A DNA stretch of 64,000 bases from a virus. Taxonomy: Duplodnaviria; Caudoviricetes. This document shows, in pieces, positions 8,354 to 17,021 of the stretch; the first letter of the stretch is position 1, and each line of letters starts with the position of its first letter. The position numbers and the translations under genes were made by a program. The stretch lies in IMG/VR virus record IMGVR_UViG_3300046475_000120, positions 1,183 through 65,182 of that record. One strand, given 5' to 3'. Below the pieces are notes generated by a model. It worked only from the letters and a program-made list of their open reading frames with translations. It ran no database searches and was not told the origin of the DNA.

Positions 8354-10360
8354 ATGGCAACTAAAACCATTGGACCCAGCGGCCGCGATTTCAGCACCAT
8401 GGCGGCATACGCCAGCTACCTCAACGCCCTCACGCTGACGGCGCCGGAAGTCGCGCTCGTCGACGGTACGGTCAACGACACGACTTCCGTCGTCATGAAC
8501 GGCTGGACAGGCGGCAGCACCACCAACACCGTGACCATCAAGGCGGCAACAGGGCAGGGCTGGAACGACAACGCCAGCGTGCAGACCAACGCCTTCCGCT
8601 TCAACGCGGCAAACGGCGCCGCCCTGATCAACAACGTCGGCTTCGCCACAGGATATGTATTCGGGAACAATGTGATCTTGCAGGGCCTGCAGATCCGGCT
8701 GGCGGCAAGTTCGCCGGCCAATACCTCAATAGCGATCCAGGCCGGCGTCAATCTCCTGCTGCGACAGTGTATCGTCGACTGTACCGGCACCCTGGTTCTC
8801 AGTAGTAACGGCACAGGCATCACGCTGGAAAACACGCTGATTCACCAGCGTGGCACTGGCAACGGTCTTCAACTGAGCCATGCCGGTTTTTCCTCCACCA
8901 ACAGCTCGATCGTCTCGAATGGCGGCGGCGGTACTGGCATCAAGCAGGCATATGCACAGGTGCCGGCGCCGATCGTCAAGAATACTGTCGTTTTCGGTTT
9001 TACCAGCGATTACCAGAATACCTCGAATGCCAGTTCAACCAACAACGCCACCGACAAGACGACGTTTGGCGGAACCGGATGGGATACGGCCGGCCAGGTC
9101 GGACTGACCTCTGCCGACTTCGTCAATGTCACGGCAGGCTCGGAAGACTGGCGCCCGTCGAGCACCTCGAAACTGAAAAATACGGGTGCCGTTACCAGCG
9201 TGACGGTCGATGCGGCCGGTACTTCTCGCCCGCAGGGCGGCAGCTACGACATCGGCGCGTGGGAACTGGTAGCGGCGGCCACTGCGCCGGCGGCACCGAC
9301 CATCGGCAGCGCCACCGCCGGCGCCACCTCGGCATCGGTCACCTTTACGGCGAACTCGAACGGCGGCTCGGCCATCACCAGTTTTACCGCCACTGCCTCG
9401 ACCGGAGAAACGGTGACCGGCATCACGGCATCCCCGGCCGTCTTTCCTACCCTGTCGGCCGGCGTCGCGCGCACATTCCACGTGCAGGCGATCAACGCCA
9501 TCGGCACCAGCGCCGCCTCGGGAGAATCGAACAGCGTGACGCCGACGGCGCCGAATGCCGCACCGACCTTCTCCGGCACCATCGCCGCGATCACCGGCAC
9601 CGGCGGCAGCGCCATTACGCCGGTCGACGTGCACGCGCTGTTTTCCGATACCGACGCGCTGACCTATGCGGCCAGCCCGGCCGGCACCGCTTGGCCTGCC
9701 GGCCTGGTCATCAATGCCGTGACGGGCGTCATCAGCGGCACGGTGGCAACCTCCACCACCACCGGCCTGAAAGTGCGCGCCACCGACACCGCGTCGCAAA
9801 CGGTCGACTCGAACGGCTTCTCGGTCACCATCGGCGCGCCTAGCTCGACCGTGTCCGGCGTGACGGTCTCGCCCGGAACGGCCAATGTTGCCGGCAGCGG
9901 GACGCAGGCGTTCACGGCAAGCGTGGCAGGAACCGGCAGCCCGTCGCAGGCGGTCAACTGGTCGACCTCGGCTGGCTCGATCAACAGCGCCGGCGTACTG
10001 ACGGCGCCAGCAGCCACCAGTGGCACCCAGACGGTGACGGTCACCGCCACCAGCGCCCAGGACGGCAGCAAGTCCGGCACGGCGACGGTGACGGTTGCCG
10101 CCGCCTCCGGCGTGACCTTTACCATCACGCGCACGATGAAAAACATTCAGGGCGGCCAGCGTATCAATACCCCGGTGCACGCCTGCATCATGGACATGAA
10201 CCGCAACCTGCTGGCGACGAAAACCGGCCTGTCTACCAATGCCGCGGGAGTCGTGCCGCCGTTCTCAGTCAATGGCCTGTCGGCCATCCCCTACCGTGTC
10301 GACGTCGTCGTTGATGCCAACCCGGCCGACTTCTCGGCCTCCGTGGAGACCCCAGCATGA
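8354..10360 (+). CDS. 668-aa fibre/spike: right-handed beta-helix + FN3 + cadherin/He_PIG-like Ig + Big_2 Ig + C-terminal transthyretin-like domain
   Basis: Asn-ladder beta-helix ending in RPQGGSYDIGAWE; APAAPTIGSATAG FN3 start; AWPAGLVINAVTGVISGT He_PIG motif; VTVSPGTANV..VNWST Big_2. Confidence 0.7.
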   Translation: MATKTIGPSGRDFSTMAAYASYLNALTLTAPEVALVDGTVNDTTSVVMNGWTGGSTTNTVTIKAATGQGWNDNASVQTNAFRFNAANGAALINNVGFATGYVFGNNVILQGLQIRLAASSPANTSIAIQAGVNLLLRQCIVDCTGTLVLSSNGTGITLENTLIHQRGTGNGLQLSHAGFSSTNSSIVSNGGGGTGIKQAYAQVPAPIVKNTVVFGFTSDYQNTSNASSTNNATDKTTFGGTGWDTAGQVGLTSADFVNVTAGSEDWRPSSTSKLKNTGAVTSVTVDAAGTSRPQGGSYDIGAWELVAAATAPAAPTIGSATAGATSASVTFTANSNGGSAITSFTATASTGETVTGITASPAVFPTLSAGVARTFHVQAINAIGTSAASGESNSVTPTAPNAAPTFSGTIAAITGTGGSAITPVDVHALFSDTDALTYAASPAGTAWPAGLVINAVTGVISGTVATSTTTGLKVRATDTASQTVDSNGFSVTIGAPSSTVSGVTVSPGTANVAGSGTQAFTASVAGTGSPSQAVNWSTSAGSINSAGVLTAPAATSGTQTVTVTATSAQDGSKSGTATVTVAAASGVTFTITRTMKNIQGGQRINTPVHACIMDMNRNLLATKTGLSTNAAGVVPPFSVNGLSAIPYRVDVVVDANPADFSASVETPA

Positions 10361-13300
10361 GCGTTCTCACCGCCTTCCAGTTGACGTCGCCTGCCACGCA
10401 GTCGGCGGCACCGTTCATGATGGGCCACGTGTTCAAGCGGGGCGACGTCCCCGCCGGCTCGTACCTGAAACTGGACATCTCCAATTATGCGGTCACTCCC
10501 CTGCGCCTGTGGAACGATGGCAGCCTGAAACACTGCGCCATCATGGGCCGGGTGCCGCTGACCGCCAACGTCCCCAAGCAGGTCAACCTGTCGGTCAGCG
10601 GTACGCCCAATGCCGCCCTAACGGCGCTGACAGCAACCGATATCCGCAACGCCGCGCCGACTGCGTCGTGGAGCGGCAATTTCGCCGGCACCAACCTGAC
10701 GGTGACCCTTGCATCCCTGCTGGCTACGCCCAAGCGGACGTTCATCAGCACGCCCGAGATGGTGGAGTGCCGCTACGCCGCGAAAGTGCCGGGCGACGCC
10801 TCCATGTACGTCACGTTCGACGTGCGCCTGTATGCCAACGGCTTGCTGTGGGTGCGCGTGTCGGCCGGCAACGGCTACCTGAACGGCAGCGAAAACATCA
10901 CCAAAAGCTACATCCCGACGGTGATCATCGGCACCACCACGGTGTGGAATTTCGGCGGCGTCGTGTTCAATCACTGGCCGCGCACGCGCTACGACCACCA
11001 GGCATTTATCGGCACCGATCCGCAGGTCATCCCGCGCCACGACACCGGCTACCTGAACCGCACCATGCTGGTGCCGAACTACTGGAAGGTAGGCCCGACC
11101 CAGGCACAGATCGATGCATGGATCCCGTACGGCCAGTACACCCCCGACACGGTGCTGGCATATACCCCGTACATGGGCAATGGGGGGGCCCAGGCGCAGA
11201 TCGGCTTGCTGCCAAAATGGGACGCCTTGTACTTTACCAGCCAGGGGCATCCTACGCTGTACAAGGCGGTGGTGGCGCATGCCCGCGCAATCAATGTTTA
11301 CGGTATCGTTTATCCCGACGCCAATACGCTCGACCCGATCCGTATTTCGGACTTCGCCACCTGGAGCTTTTTGGGCGACGGTGGCAGCGGCTCGACCGAT
11401 CTGACCAGTTACCTGCAAAACGGTAACCGCCTGTACTGGGATTGCGCGCACTTCCCTTCGGTAGGCTACTTGGCCTATATCCTGACCGCCGATTATTATT
11501 ATATGGAAAGCTGTGCATATAATACGTTGGCCTGCTATCTGGTTCCATCCTCCGCTTTTGGGCCTGGCACCGCACGTAAAATTTCGGGTCAAAATCGCGG
11601 CCAGGCATGGACGTACCGCAGCGTTTCGCAATCGGCTGCCATCTATCCAAGCGCCGTTGCATCGGCAGCAGCCGTGTTCAGCGATCATGCGCTGTGGCTC
11701 AAGACCGATGCGCAGACTAAGGCCAGTTACTATACGACGCCGTCATGGCCGGGGCAGTACATCGGTTATACGGATTCCTATTTCGACCGCAACTCCAACC
11801 ACGGCAGCATCGTGGCGGATGGGCAGATTGCGTGCGGGACAGCCCCATGGGAACACCACTTCTATACCGCCTCCGTCGGCCATGCGTATGATATTGAGCC
11901 ATACGATACTGCCGGCATGGCTAGTCTGATGGCTTTCCGCGACTATCTGGATGGCGCTCCGGTATGGATTATGGGCGGTACCGGTCCGAACGAATATAAC
12001 TTCGGTTACGGGTCGAATTACACCGTCAGCATTCGCATGCCGACACCGACGCCAAACCCGGAAGACGCCGTTCCGCATACAAAGTACATGGCAACCGACC
12101 CTGGCGTCATTTTTGCCGATACCTTCGGCACCGTCAGCGGCGCCATTTTGCCAAATGCCACTACCAACCAGTTGATGGCTGATCCGGTGGGCGGACCGCC
12201 TAGCAATACGACAGGCTATTTCGCCAACCTGTATCCGGCACTTGCGGCCGCTGTCGATCATGGCAAGCCAGGGGCTGCAGCAGCGTTCGGCCGGTTGATC
12301 GGGGCAGACAATTTTACCGATGTATCCACAGCAGATTACGCGGGCGACCCGATGTGGGGCATCATGCCGCGCAGCTACAGCCAGCCGGCCCTGCTGTTTA
12401 CGCCCACGACCTCGAACGCCATCGTGCCGACACCTGGCCCGTCCCTCGTCATGGATACCGTCTCGCTGCTCGGCAGCGGCGCGCTCGTCATGGACACCTA
12501 CCGCGGCCTTGGCATCCCGGCCTCCGACATCCCGACCGGCTTCCCGGTGCCGCCGTTCCTGCTCAACGACATCGCTGTCACCGACCCGGCCGGCACCGAG
12601 TACCGCGTCGACCTGGCCGTGCCTGCCGGGATCACCCTGATGATGGGCAACCATTCCGATTTCGAGGCGTTCGGCAACGACGGCATCTACAATACGACGC
12701 AGGTGGTCTACAAGAACGGCGTGGGCGACTCCGGCACGGCGCAGTTCGCCATCAACGCCAGCGCCGTATCGACAGTGACGGGCGTGACGGTATCTCCTTC
12801 GGCGGCCAGTGCATCGCAAGTCTTCACGGCCAGCGTGGCCGGCACTAACTCGCCGTCGCAGCAGGTGACATGGTCGCGTAGCGGCACGGCCGGCTCGATC
12901 AACGCCGCGACGGGCGCATTCCTGGCGCCAGGCCAGACGAATGCCATCCAGGTCATCACCATCACCGCCACCAGCGTGCAGGACGGCTCGAAAACCGGCA
13001 CGGCGACGGTCACCATCGCCGCCCTGGTCGCCGCCACGGTAACCGGCGTCACGGTGGCGCCGGCCACGCCGACAGTCACCGGCAGCGCCCAGCAGCAGTT
13101 CAGCGCGGGCGTAGCTGGCACCAACGGCCCGTCGCAGGCGGTGACCTGGTCGAGCACGATCGGCTCGATCAATTCGGCCGGCCTGTTCACCGCGCCGGCC
13201 ACCACCAGCGTGACGCAGAGCGGCACCGTGACCGCCACTTCGGTGCTCGATCCGACCAAGTCCGGCACGGCCAATGTCACCATCCCGGCCGCCGGTGTCA

Positions 13301-13962
13301 TCGCGCCGACCGTCTCGAGCGTGTCGGTGACGCCGCCGACGGCCACGATCGCCGCCGGCGACACGCGCCAGTACAGCGCCAGCGTGATCGGCGCCAACAA
13401 CCCGTCGCAGGCGGTGGTATGGGATGCCACTGCCGGCTTCATCGATGCCAATGGCCTGTTCACGCCGCCAAGCGCGACGCTATCGGTGCAGACCATCACC
13501 ATCATCGCGACGAGCTCGCTGGACGCCACCAAGAGCGGCACGGCGGTGATCCAGGTTGACGCGCTGCCGGGAGATGTCGTCGTCGGCAATGGCAACATGC
13601 TCGAAGTGGCCGCCGACGGCACCATCGTCGACCCGCTCAACAGCAATTACTACATGCGCGGCACCGAGTATTACATTTCGAAGGACCCCGATTCCATCAT
13701 GCTGTACGGACTCGACCTGACGAACTACCTGGCGCGCGCCGGTCACAACATCTCGATCGTGGCCGTCGAGGCGGTGCCGACCAGCGTCACGGTCAGCCGC
13801 GCCGCCACGGTTCAGGGTGCGCAGCTGGTGGTGCAACTGACGGGCGGCGTCGGCGCCCTGACCGCCTCGCTCGATGCTGCGGCGCGCTGCACCTACCGTT
13901 TTACGATGTCGAACGGCGACGTCGACGATTTTACTTTCTGGCTCGACATCATCGACCACTGA
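10357..13962 (+). CDS. 1201-aa fibre: RIFT-barrel/PL26 (YetA/RG-lyase)-like N-terminal module + 3 Big_2 Ig repeats + C-terminal KDPD fibre-tail adaptor
   Basis: PFMMGHVFKRGDVP..WNDGSLKHC RIFT-type start; QIGLLPKW; three VTV.P..V.W..G.I...GLFTAP repeats; SKDPDSIMLYGLDLTNYL adaptor motif. Confidence 0.65.
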   Translation: MSVLTAFQLTSPATQSAAPFMMGHVFKRGDVPAGSYLKLDISNYAVTPLRLWNDGSLKHCAIMGRVPLTANVPKQVNLSVSGTPNAALTALTATDIRNAAPTASWSGNFAGTNLTVTLASLLATPKRTFISTPEMVECRYAAKVPGDASMYVTFDVRLYANGLLWVRVSAGNGYLNGSENITKSYIPTVIIGTTTVWNFGGVVFNHWPRTRYDHQAFIGTDPQVIPRHDTGYLNRTMLVPNYWKVGPTQAQIDAWIPYGQYTPDTVLAYTPYMGNGGAQAQIGLLPKWDALYFTSQGHPTLYKAVVAHARAINVYGIVYPDANTLDPIRISDFATWSFLGDGGSGSTDLTSYLQNGNRLYWDCAHFPSVGYLAYILTADYYYMESCAYNTLACYLVPSSAFGPGTARKISGQNRGQAWTYRSVSQSAAIYPSAVASAAAVFSDHALWLKTDAQTKASYYTTPSWPGQYIGYTDSYFDRNSNHGSIVADGQIACGTAPWEHHFYTASVGHAYDIEPYDTAGMASLMAFRDYLDGAPVWIMGGTGPNEYNFGYGSNYTVSIRMPTPTPNPEDAVPHTKYMATDPGVIFADTFGTVSGAILPNATTNQLMADPVGGPPSNTTGYFANLYPALAAAVDHGKPGAAAAFGRLIGADNFTDVSTADYAGDPMWGIMPRSYSQPALLFTPTTSNAIVPTPGPSLVMDTVSLLGSGALVMDTYRGLGIPASDIPTGFPVPPFLLNDIAVTDPAGTEYRVDLAVPAGITLMMGNHSDFEAFGNDGIYNTTQVVYKNGVGDSGTAQFAINASAVSTVTGVTVSPSAASASQVFTASVAGTNSPSQQVTWSRSGTAGSINAATGAFLAPGQTNAIQVITITATSVQDGSKTGTATVTIAALVAATVTGVTVAPATPTVTGSAQQQFSAGVAGTNGPSQAVTWSSTIGSINSAGLFTAPATTSVTQSGTVTATSVLDPTKSGTANVTIPAAGVIAPTVSSVSVTPPTATIAAGDTRQYSASVIGANNPSQAVVWDATAGFIDANGLFTPPSATLSVQTITIIATSSLDATKSGTAVIQVDALPGDVVVGNGNMLEVAADGTIVDPLNSNYYMRGTEYYISKDPDSIMLYGLDLTNYLARAGHNISIVAVEAVPTSVTVSRAATVQGAQLVVQLTGGVGALTASLDAAARCTYRFTMSNGDVDDFTFWLDIIDH

Positions 13963-13976
13963 TGCCGGTTCTCTCC

Positions 13977-14030
13977 AGCCGCTGCTGTTGCGGCCTTGTC
14001 GCTGCCTGTTGCTCAGGTGGCGGCTTTTTT
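13977..14030 (+). terminator. Rho-independent terminator of the late operon
   Basis: AGCCGCTGC pairs with GTGGCGGCT (GU pairs allowed), followed by TTTTT. Confidence 0.6.
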
Positions 14031-14096
14031 ACGCCGATGGTTCTTTCGATATGTTAAAGTAATATTCCACTTTGTACACATAACGGGAGAACCAGC

Positions 14097-14390
14097 ATGC
14101 CTAAACTGATCAGCAACCTGACCGAACTCGACCCGGAAGACCAGCGCGCGCGCGGCAACGCCCTGCTCGACACGATGATCGCCGAACTGAACCTGAAAAA
14201 CGACGCCGCCCTGTCGCGCGCGCTCGACCAGAGTCCGCCGGTCATCTCCAAGATCCGCCATGGCCGCCTGCCGATCGGCGACACCATCATCATCAGCCTG
14301 CACGAGTTGTCGGACTGGCCGGTCAAGCGCATCAAGGAAGCACTCGGCCGGCGCTGCCTGAAAAGCTTTCATTACAATAGCGCCCGATAG
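14097..14390 (+). CDS. Small HTH regulator of the LKNDAALSRAL..PPVISKIRH family
   Basis: GGGAG RBS; HTH motif that I recall as multi-copy in Oxalobacteraceae chromosomes. Confidence 0.75.
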   Translation: MPKLISNLTELDPEDQRARGNALLDTMIAELNLKNDAALSRALDQSPPVISKIRHGRLPIGDTIIISLHELSDWPVKRIKEALGRRCLKSFHYNSAR

Positions 14391-14400
14391 TAATTATCAA

Positions 14401-14429
14401 TTAGTAATTAGCACCAGTGGTTCTATACT
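14401..14429 (+). promoter_or_regulatory. Sigma70-like promoter with a TAGTAATTA direct repeat
   Basis: TTAGTA-17-TATACT; TAGTAATTA at 14388-14396 and 14402-14410. Confidence 0.55.
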
Positions 14430-14526
14430 TCACTCCACCGCTGCTGCGACTCAGGAGTAATTCCCAGCATAGCCTGGCCGGCTTAACCGGCCTTCCTTCC
14501 TCTGCCGTTCCTTCACGGAGTGCGCC

Positions 14527-14667
14527 ATGTCCACGATCACCAAGCCGATTCCGAAAGAAGCCGTCCGGGAGTATCTGACAGGCCGCGCCAAAACGAAAGC
14601 GCCGGTCCCCTCGCAAGAAGAGATCCGGCGCCAGCTTGGCTTCCCGATGATCACGCCGACGCGCTAG
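14527..14667 (+). CDS. 46-aa peptide (TKP.KE.VR...P.P..EEIRRQLG family)
   Basis: GGAG RBS; MSTITKPIPKEAVREYL..PVPSQEEIRRQLGF resembles small hypothetical proteins I recall from Massilia-group genomes. Confidence 0.65.
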   Translation: MSTITKPIPKEAVREYLTGRAKTKAPVPSQEEIRRQLGFPMITPTR

Positions 14668-14819
14668 AAGCCGAACACCTGCCCCAGCTTCCACAGCAGC
14701 ACCACGATGACGCCGATGCACAGTACGCCGCGCCCGGCGCAGCGAAAGCCCTCGCGTTCGGCCAGAATCAGCATCGCGCCGATGACCAGCACCGCGCAGC
14801 CGGTGATCAGGTAGTTCAT
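14664..14819 (-). CDS. 51-aa two-TM membrane peptide
   Basis: MNYLITGCAVLVIGAMLILAE..VLCIGVIVVLLWKLGQVFGF; ATGA coupling to the upstream gene. Confidence 0.6.
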   Translation of the reverse strand: MNYLITGCAVLVIGAMLILAEREGFRCAGRGVLCIGVIVVLLWKLGQVFGF

Positions 14820-15106
14820 GGGAGGTCGATCAGGCTGATCTGGCGCGCGTCCTGCGGCACCAGAACATAGACATGCGTGCGCTTCGTCGCCGGGTCGCGG
14901 TCATCGCAGTCCGGCATCGACGATTTGACCGCCGCAGCCGTGGCCACCAGGCACACGCGCCAGTGCTGGCCCTTGAAGATGCAGCCAGCGCAGTCTCGGG
15001 AACCTTCATCGGCCACCCGCGCGCGAAACTGCATCGCTAACGGATCAAGCGGGGCGGCGCTCTGGCCTACCCACTTGTGGACGTCGACGAAGCGCGAGGA
15101 ACCCAT
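14816..15106 (-). CDS. Hypothetical Cys-containing protein
   Basis: Coupled ORF in the leftward operon, DCAGC..C motif. Confidence 0.6.
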   Translation of the reverse strand: MGSSRFVDVHKWVGQSAAPLDPLAMQFRARVADEGSRDCAGCIFKGQHWRVCLVATAAAVKSSMPDCDDRDPATKRTHVYVLVPQDARQISLIDLP

Positions 15107-15645
15107 TACGGGATGCTGGCGATGATGGATTCCAGGTCCACCTCTTCGAAGTGAGCCGTCATGCCGCGCACAAACGATGCGGCAATCGTTGCTTTGCGCA
15201 CCGCTTTGGCAATCGCCAGCTCGCGCGCGGCGCGCTGGTCAGACGACAGGCCGAGTGGAGGTTTCCACTGTTCGCCGCCGCAGTCGGTGTAGCCCAGCCG
15301 CATCAGCGTGGCGATGGCGCTCCGCTCTGGCACTGCGCGGCGCTTGTGCAGATAGCATTCAATGGCCGCCTTGAGAGGAAGTTTGACGTTGTTCCAGATG
15401 CGTGGCGGGATCGGGTTCGGTAGCGCTTCGACCAAGACCCATGCGGCATCATTAAGCGCACCATCGTTTTCGATTTCAGGGTATTCCGGCCCTGCCGGCT
15501 TGATACGGTATTCGCAATCGTCCTGAAAGGTCGGATGCTGGCTCATCACAAAATCATTCCATACGATATCACCCGGCTTGCGCCATTGAATCGTGTGGCC
15601 GTCGGCGAAGGCATGGATCGCTGCGCTATGCTTGCGTGGTTGCAT
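15106..15645 (-). CDS. Hypothetical protein
   Basis: 179 aa; DGHTIQWR..W.D..P.F..EYRIKP phage-type module. Confidence 0.65.
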   Translation of the reverse strand: MQPRKHSAAIHAFADGHTIQWRKPGDIVWNDFVMSQHPTFQDDCEYRIKPAGPEYPEIENDGALNDAAWVLVEALPNPIPPRIWNNVKLPLKAAIECYLHKRRAVPERSAIATLMRLGYTDCGGEQWKPPLGLSSDQRAARELAIAKAVRKATIAASFVRGMTAHFEEVDLESIIASIP

Positions 15646-16081
15646 TGTTTTTTCCTTTCGATGGAGTTTTTCCGAACAGCGCGTTGATCAGCGGATCGCC
15701 GCGCCGCGCCTTTGCTTCCCAGTGCCGGTTGCGGTCCCGCGCGCGCTTGATGTCCTCGCGCTCGGTGCCGCGGCGCTTTTCACGGTGGCGGTCCTGCATC
15801 TGCTTGGCCGTCATCGGCGTGAACTTGCAGGCGGCATCCTTGCCCGGCCCGGCAGCGATGAACGGGCGGTATTTCCCCGTTGTGTCAGGCTTGGCCCAGC
15901 GTGCGACATGGCATTCACGCTTGGCCGGAACGGGTTCGGCGCGCATCGCCTTGACGTGGCGCTTGACGGTGTGTTTCGATACGCCACTCTTGGCCGCGAT
16001 GTCGTCGTAAAAGCCCGGCAGCGCGGCCAGGATCAGCCGGCGCTGTTCGGCACGGCCTGCCTTGGTGTGGCCGAGAATCAT
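15626..16081 (-). CDS. HTH-containing protein
   Basis: YDDIAAKSGVSKHTVKRHVKAM helix-turn-helix. Confidence 0.65.
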   Translation of the reverse strand: MILGHTKAGRAEQRRLILAALPGFYDDIAAKSGVSKHTVKRHVKAMRAEPVPAKRECHVARWAKPDTTGKYRPFIAAGPGKDAACKFTPMTAKQMQDRHREKRRGTEREDIKRARDRNRHWEAKARRGDPLINALFGKTPSKGKNNATTQA

Positions 16082-16410
16082 TCTGGCACCTTACCTTTCG
16101 CATCGACCAACAGCGCGCTAATTTCGGAATTGCTCGGCCACGCGCCGAATCCGAACTCGGCATCATAGATTTTTTCGAGCATTTCCAGCAGCTTCGGAGC
16201 AGCCAGCAGCAGGCGCACGTTGTCGACTCGGTTTTCCGCGCCGAACACGTGGTATTCGCCATTGCCGACTACCTTGTTGCCGTCGACATCGACGATCATC
16301 GGGTTCTCAGAGTAACCTGCCCCTTTGTAGTCGAGCGCGACATCGCCCCGATCATCATCATCGATCGGATCGCATTTGGTGTAGCGCCATGGCGCGCGCC
16401 CGATGCTCAT
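16078..16410 (-). CDS. Hypothetical protein
   Basis: APW...NVRLLLAAPKLLEML motif typical of phage early proteins. Confidence 0.65.
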   Translation of the reverse strand: MSIGRAPWRYTKCDPIDDDDRGDVALDYKGAGYSENPMIVDVDGNKVVGNGEYHVFGAENRVDNVRLLLAAPKLLEMLEKIYDAEFGFGAWPSNSEISALLVDAKGKVPE

Positions 16411-17021
16411 GGCATCACCCGCTTGAATTCGACCACCCACACCCATGGGTTGGCGTCCCAGCTGCCGGCGCCGTTAATCGATTCCCACAGGCCGCGATAG
16501 GAAAGCACCGGATCCTTAGTGGTACCGGTGTGCTCGGTGTCGGCGGGGTCGGGGTGCCAACGCTCGAAGCCCTCATCGATACGCCGGATGCCTTCGGCGA
16601 TCGCATCGGCCGCGCTGCAATCGTTCAGACGCTCGACGCGGACCGATACCACCTCGAGCAGGATCCGGCTATACTGGCGGCGCATATGGATGGACGGAAT
16701 CCATTTCCTCACTTGGGGATATTCCCTGTCCGCGCGGTACCAGCACGACGATGGCGACTGTGTATCACCCATCGGCGAATGCGTCTCGCGTACCCACAGG
16801 CGATCACCTGGCTGGCCGTAAGGGCAGAGCCGCCAATGACCAGCCGCCATACCTACGCCGCTCGACGCTGGCCCATTGGGCATCCACTTGTCGCGGCACT
16901 GGCATATTTCAGTGATCGGCCACGACGGCAGGTCTTTCACCATCCGCCGCGTTTGCGTTTTGCTGCCATCAAGAAGCGCGCGGACCATCGCGCCTTGAAA
17001 TAGAATTGGACGCTCTTTCAT
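16407..17021 (-). CDS. ASCH/PUA-like phage protein
   Basis: MKERPILF..MVRALLDGSKTQTRR, CPYGQPGDRLWVRET, PSIHM, NPWVWVVEF. Confidence 0.85.
   Translation of the reverse strand: MKERPILFQGAMVRALLDGSKTQTRRMVKDLPSWPITEICQCRDKWMPNGPASSGVGMAAGHWRLCPYGQPGDRLWVRETHSPMGDTQSPSSCWYRADREYPQVRKWIPSIHMRRQYSRILLEVVSVRVERLNDCSAADAIAEGIRRIDEGFERWHPDPADTEHTGTTKDPVLSYRGLWESINGAGSWDANPWVWVVEFKRVMP

Noticed and set aside
9844-13560. Ig repeats as template/variable repeats of a diversity-generating retroelement
   Set aside because: No reverse transcriptase or Avd is seen, the copies are all coding, and differences are not restricted to adenines
14431-14522. CACTCC (14431-36) pairing with the RBS GGAGTG (14517-22), a type I toxin-like leader
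   Set aside because: The predicted start site falls inside the 6-mer, so most of it would not be transcribed, and the pairing is too short to be significant
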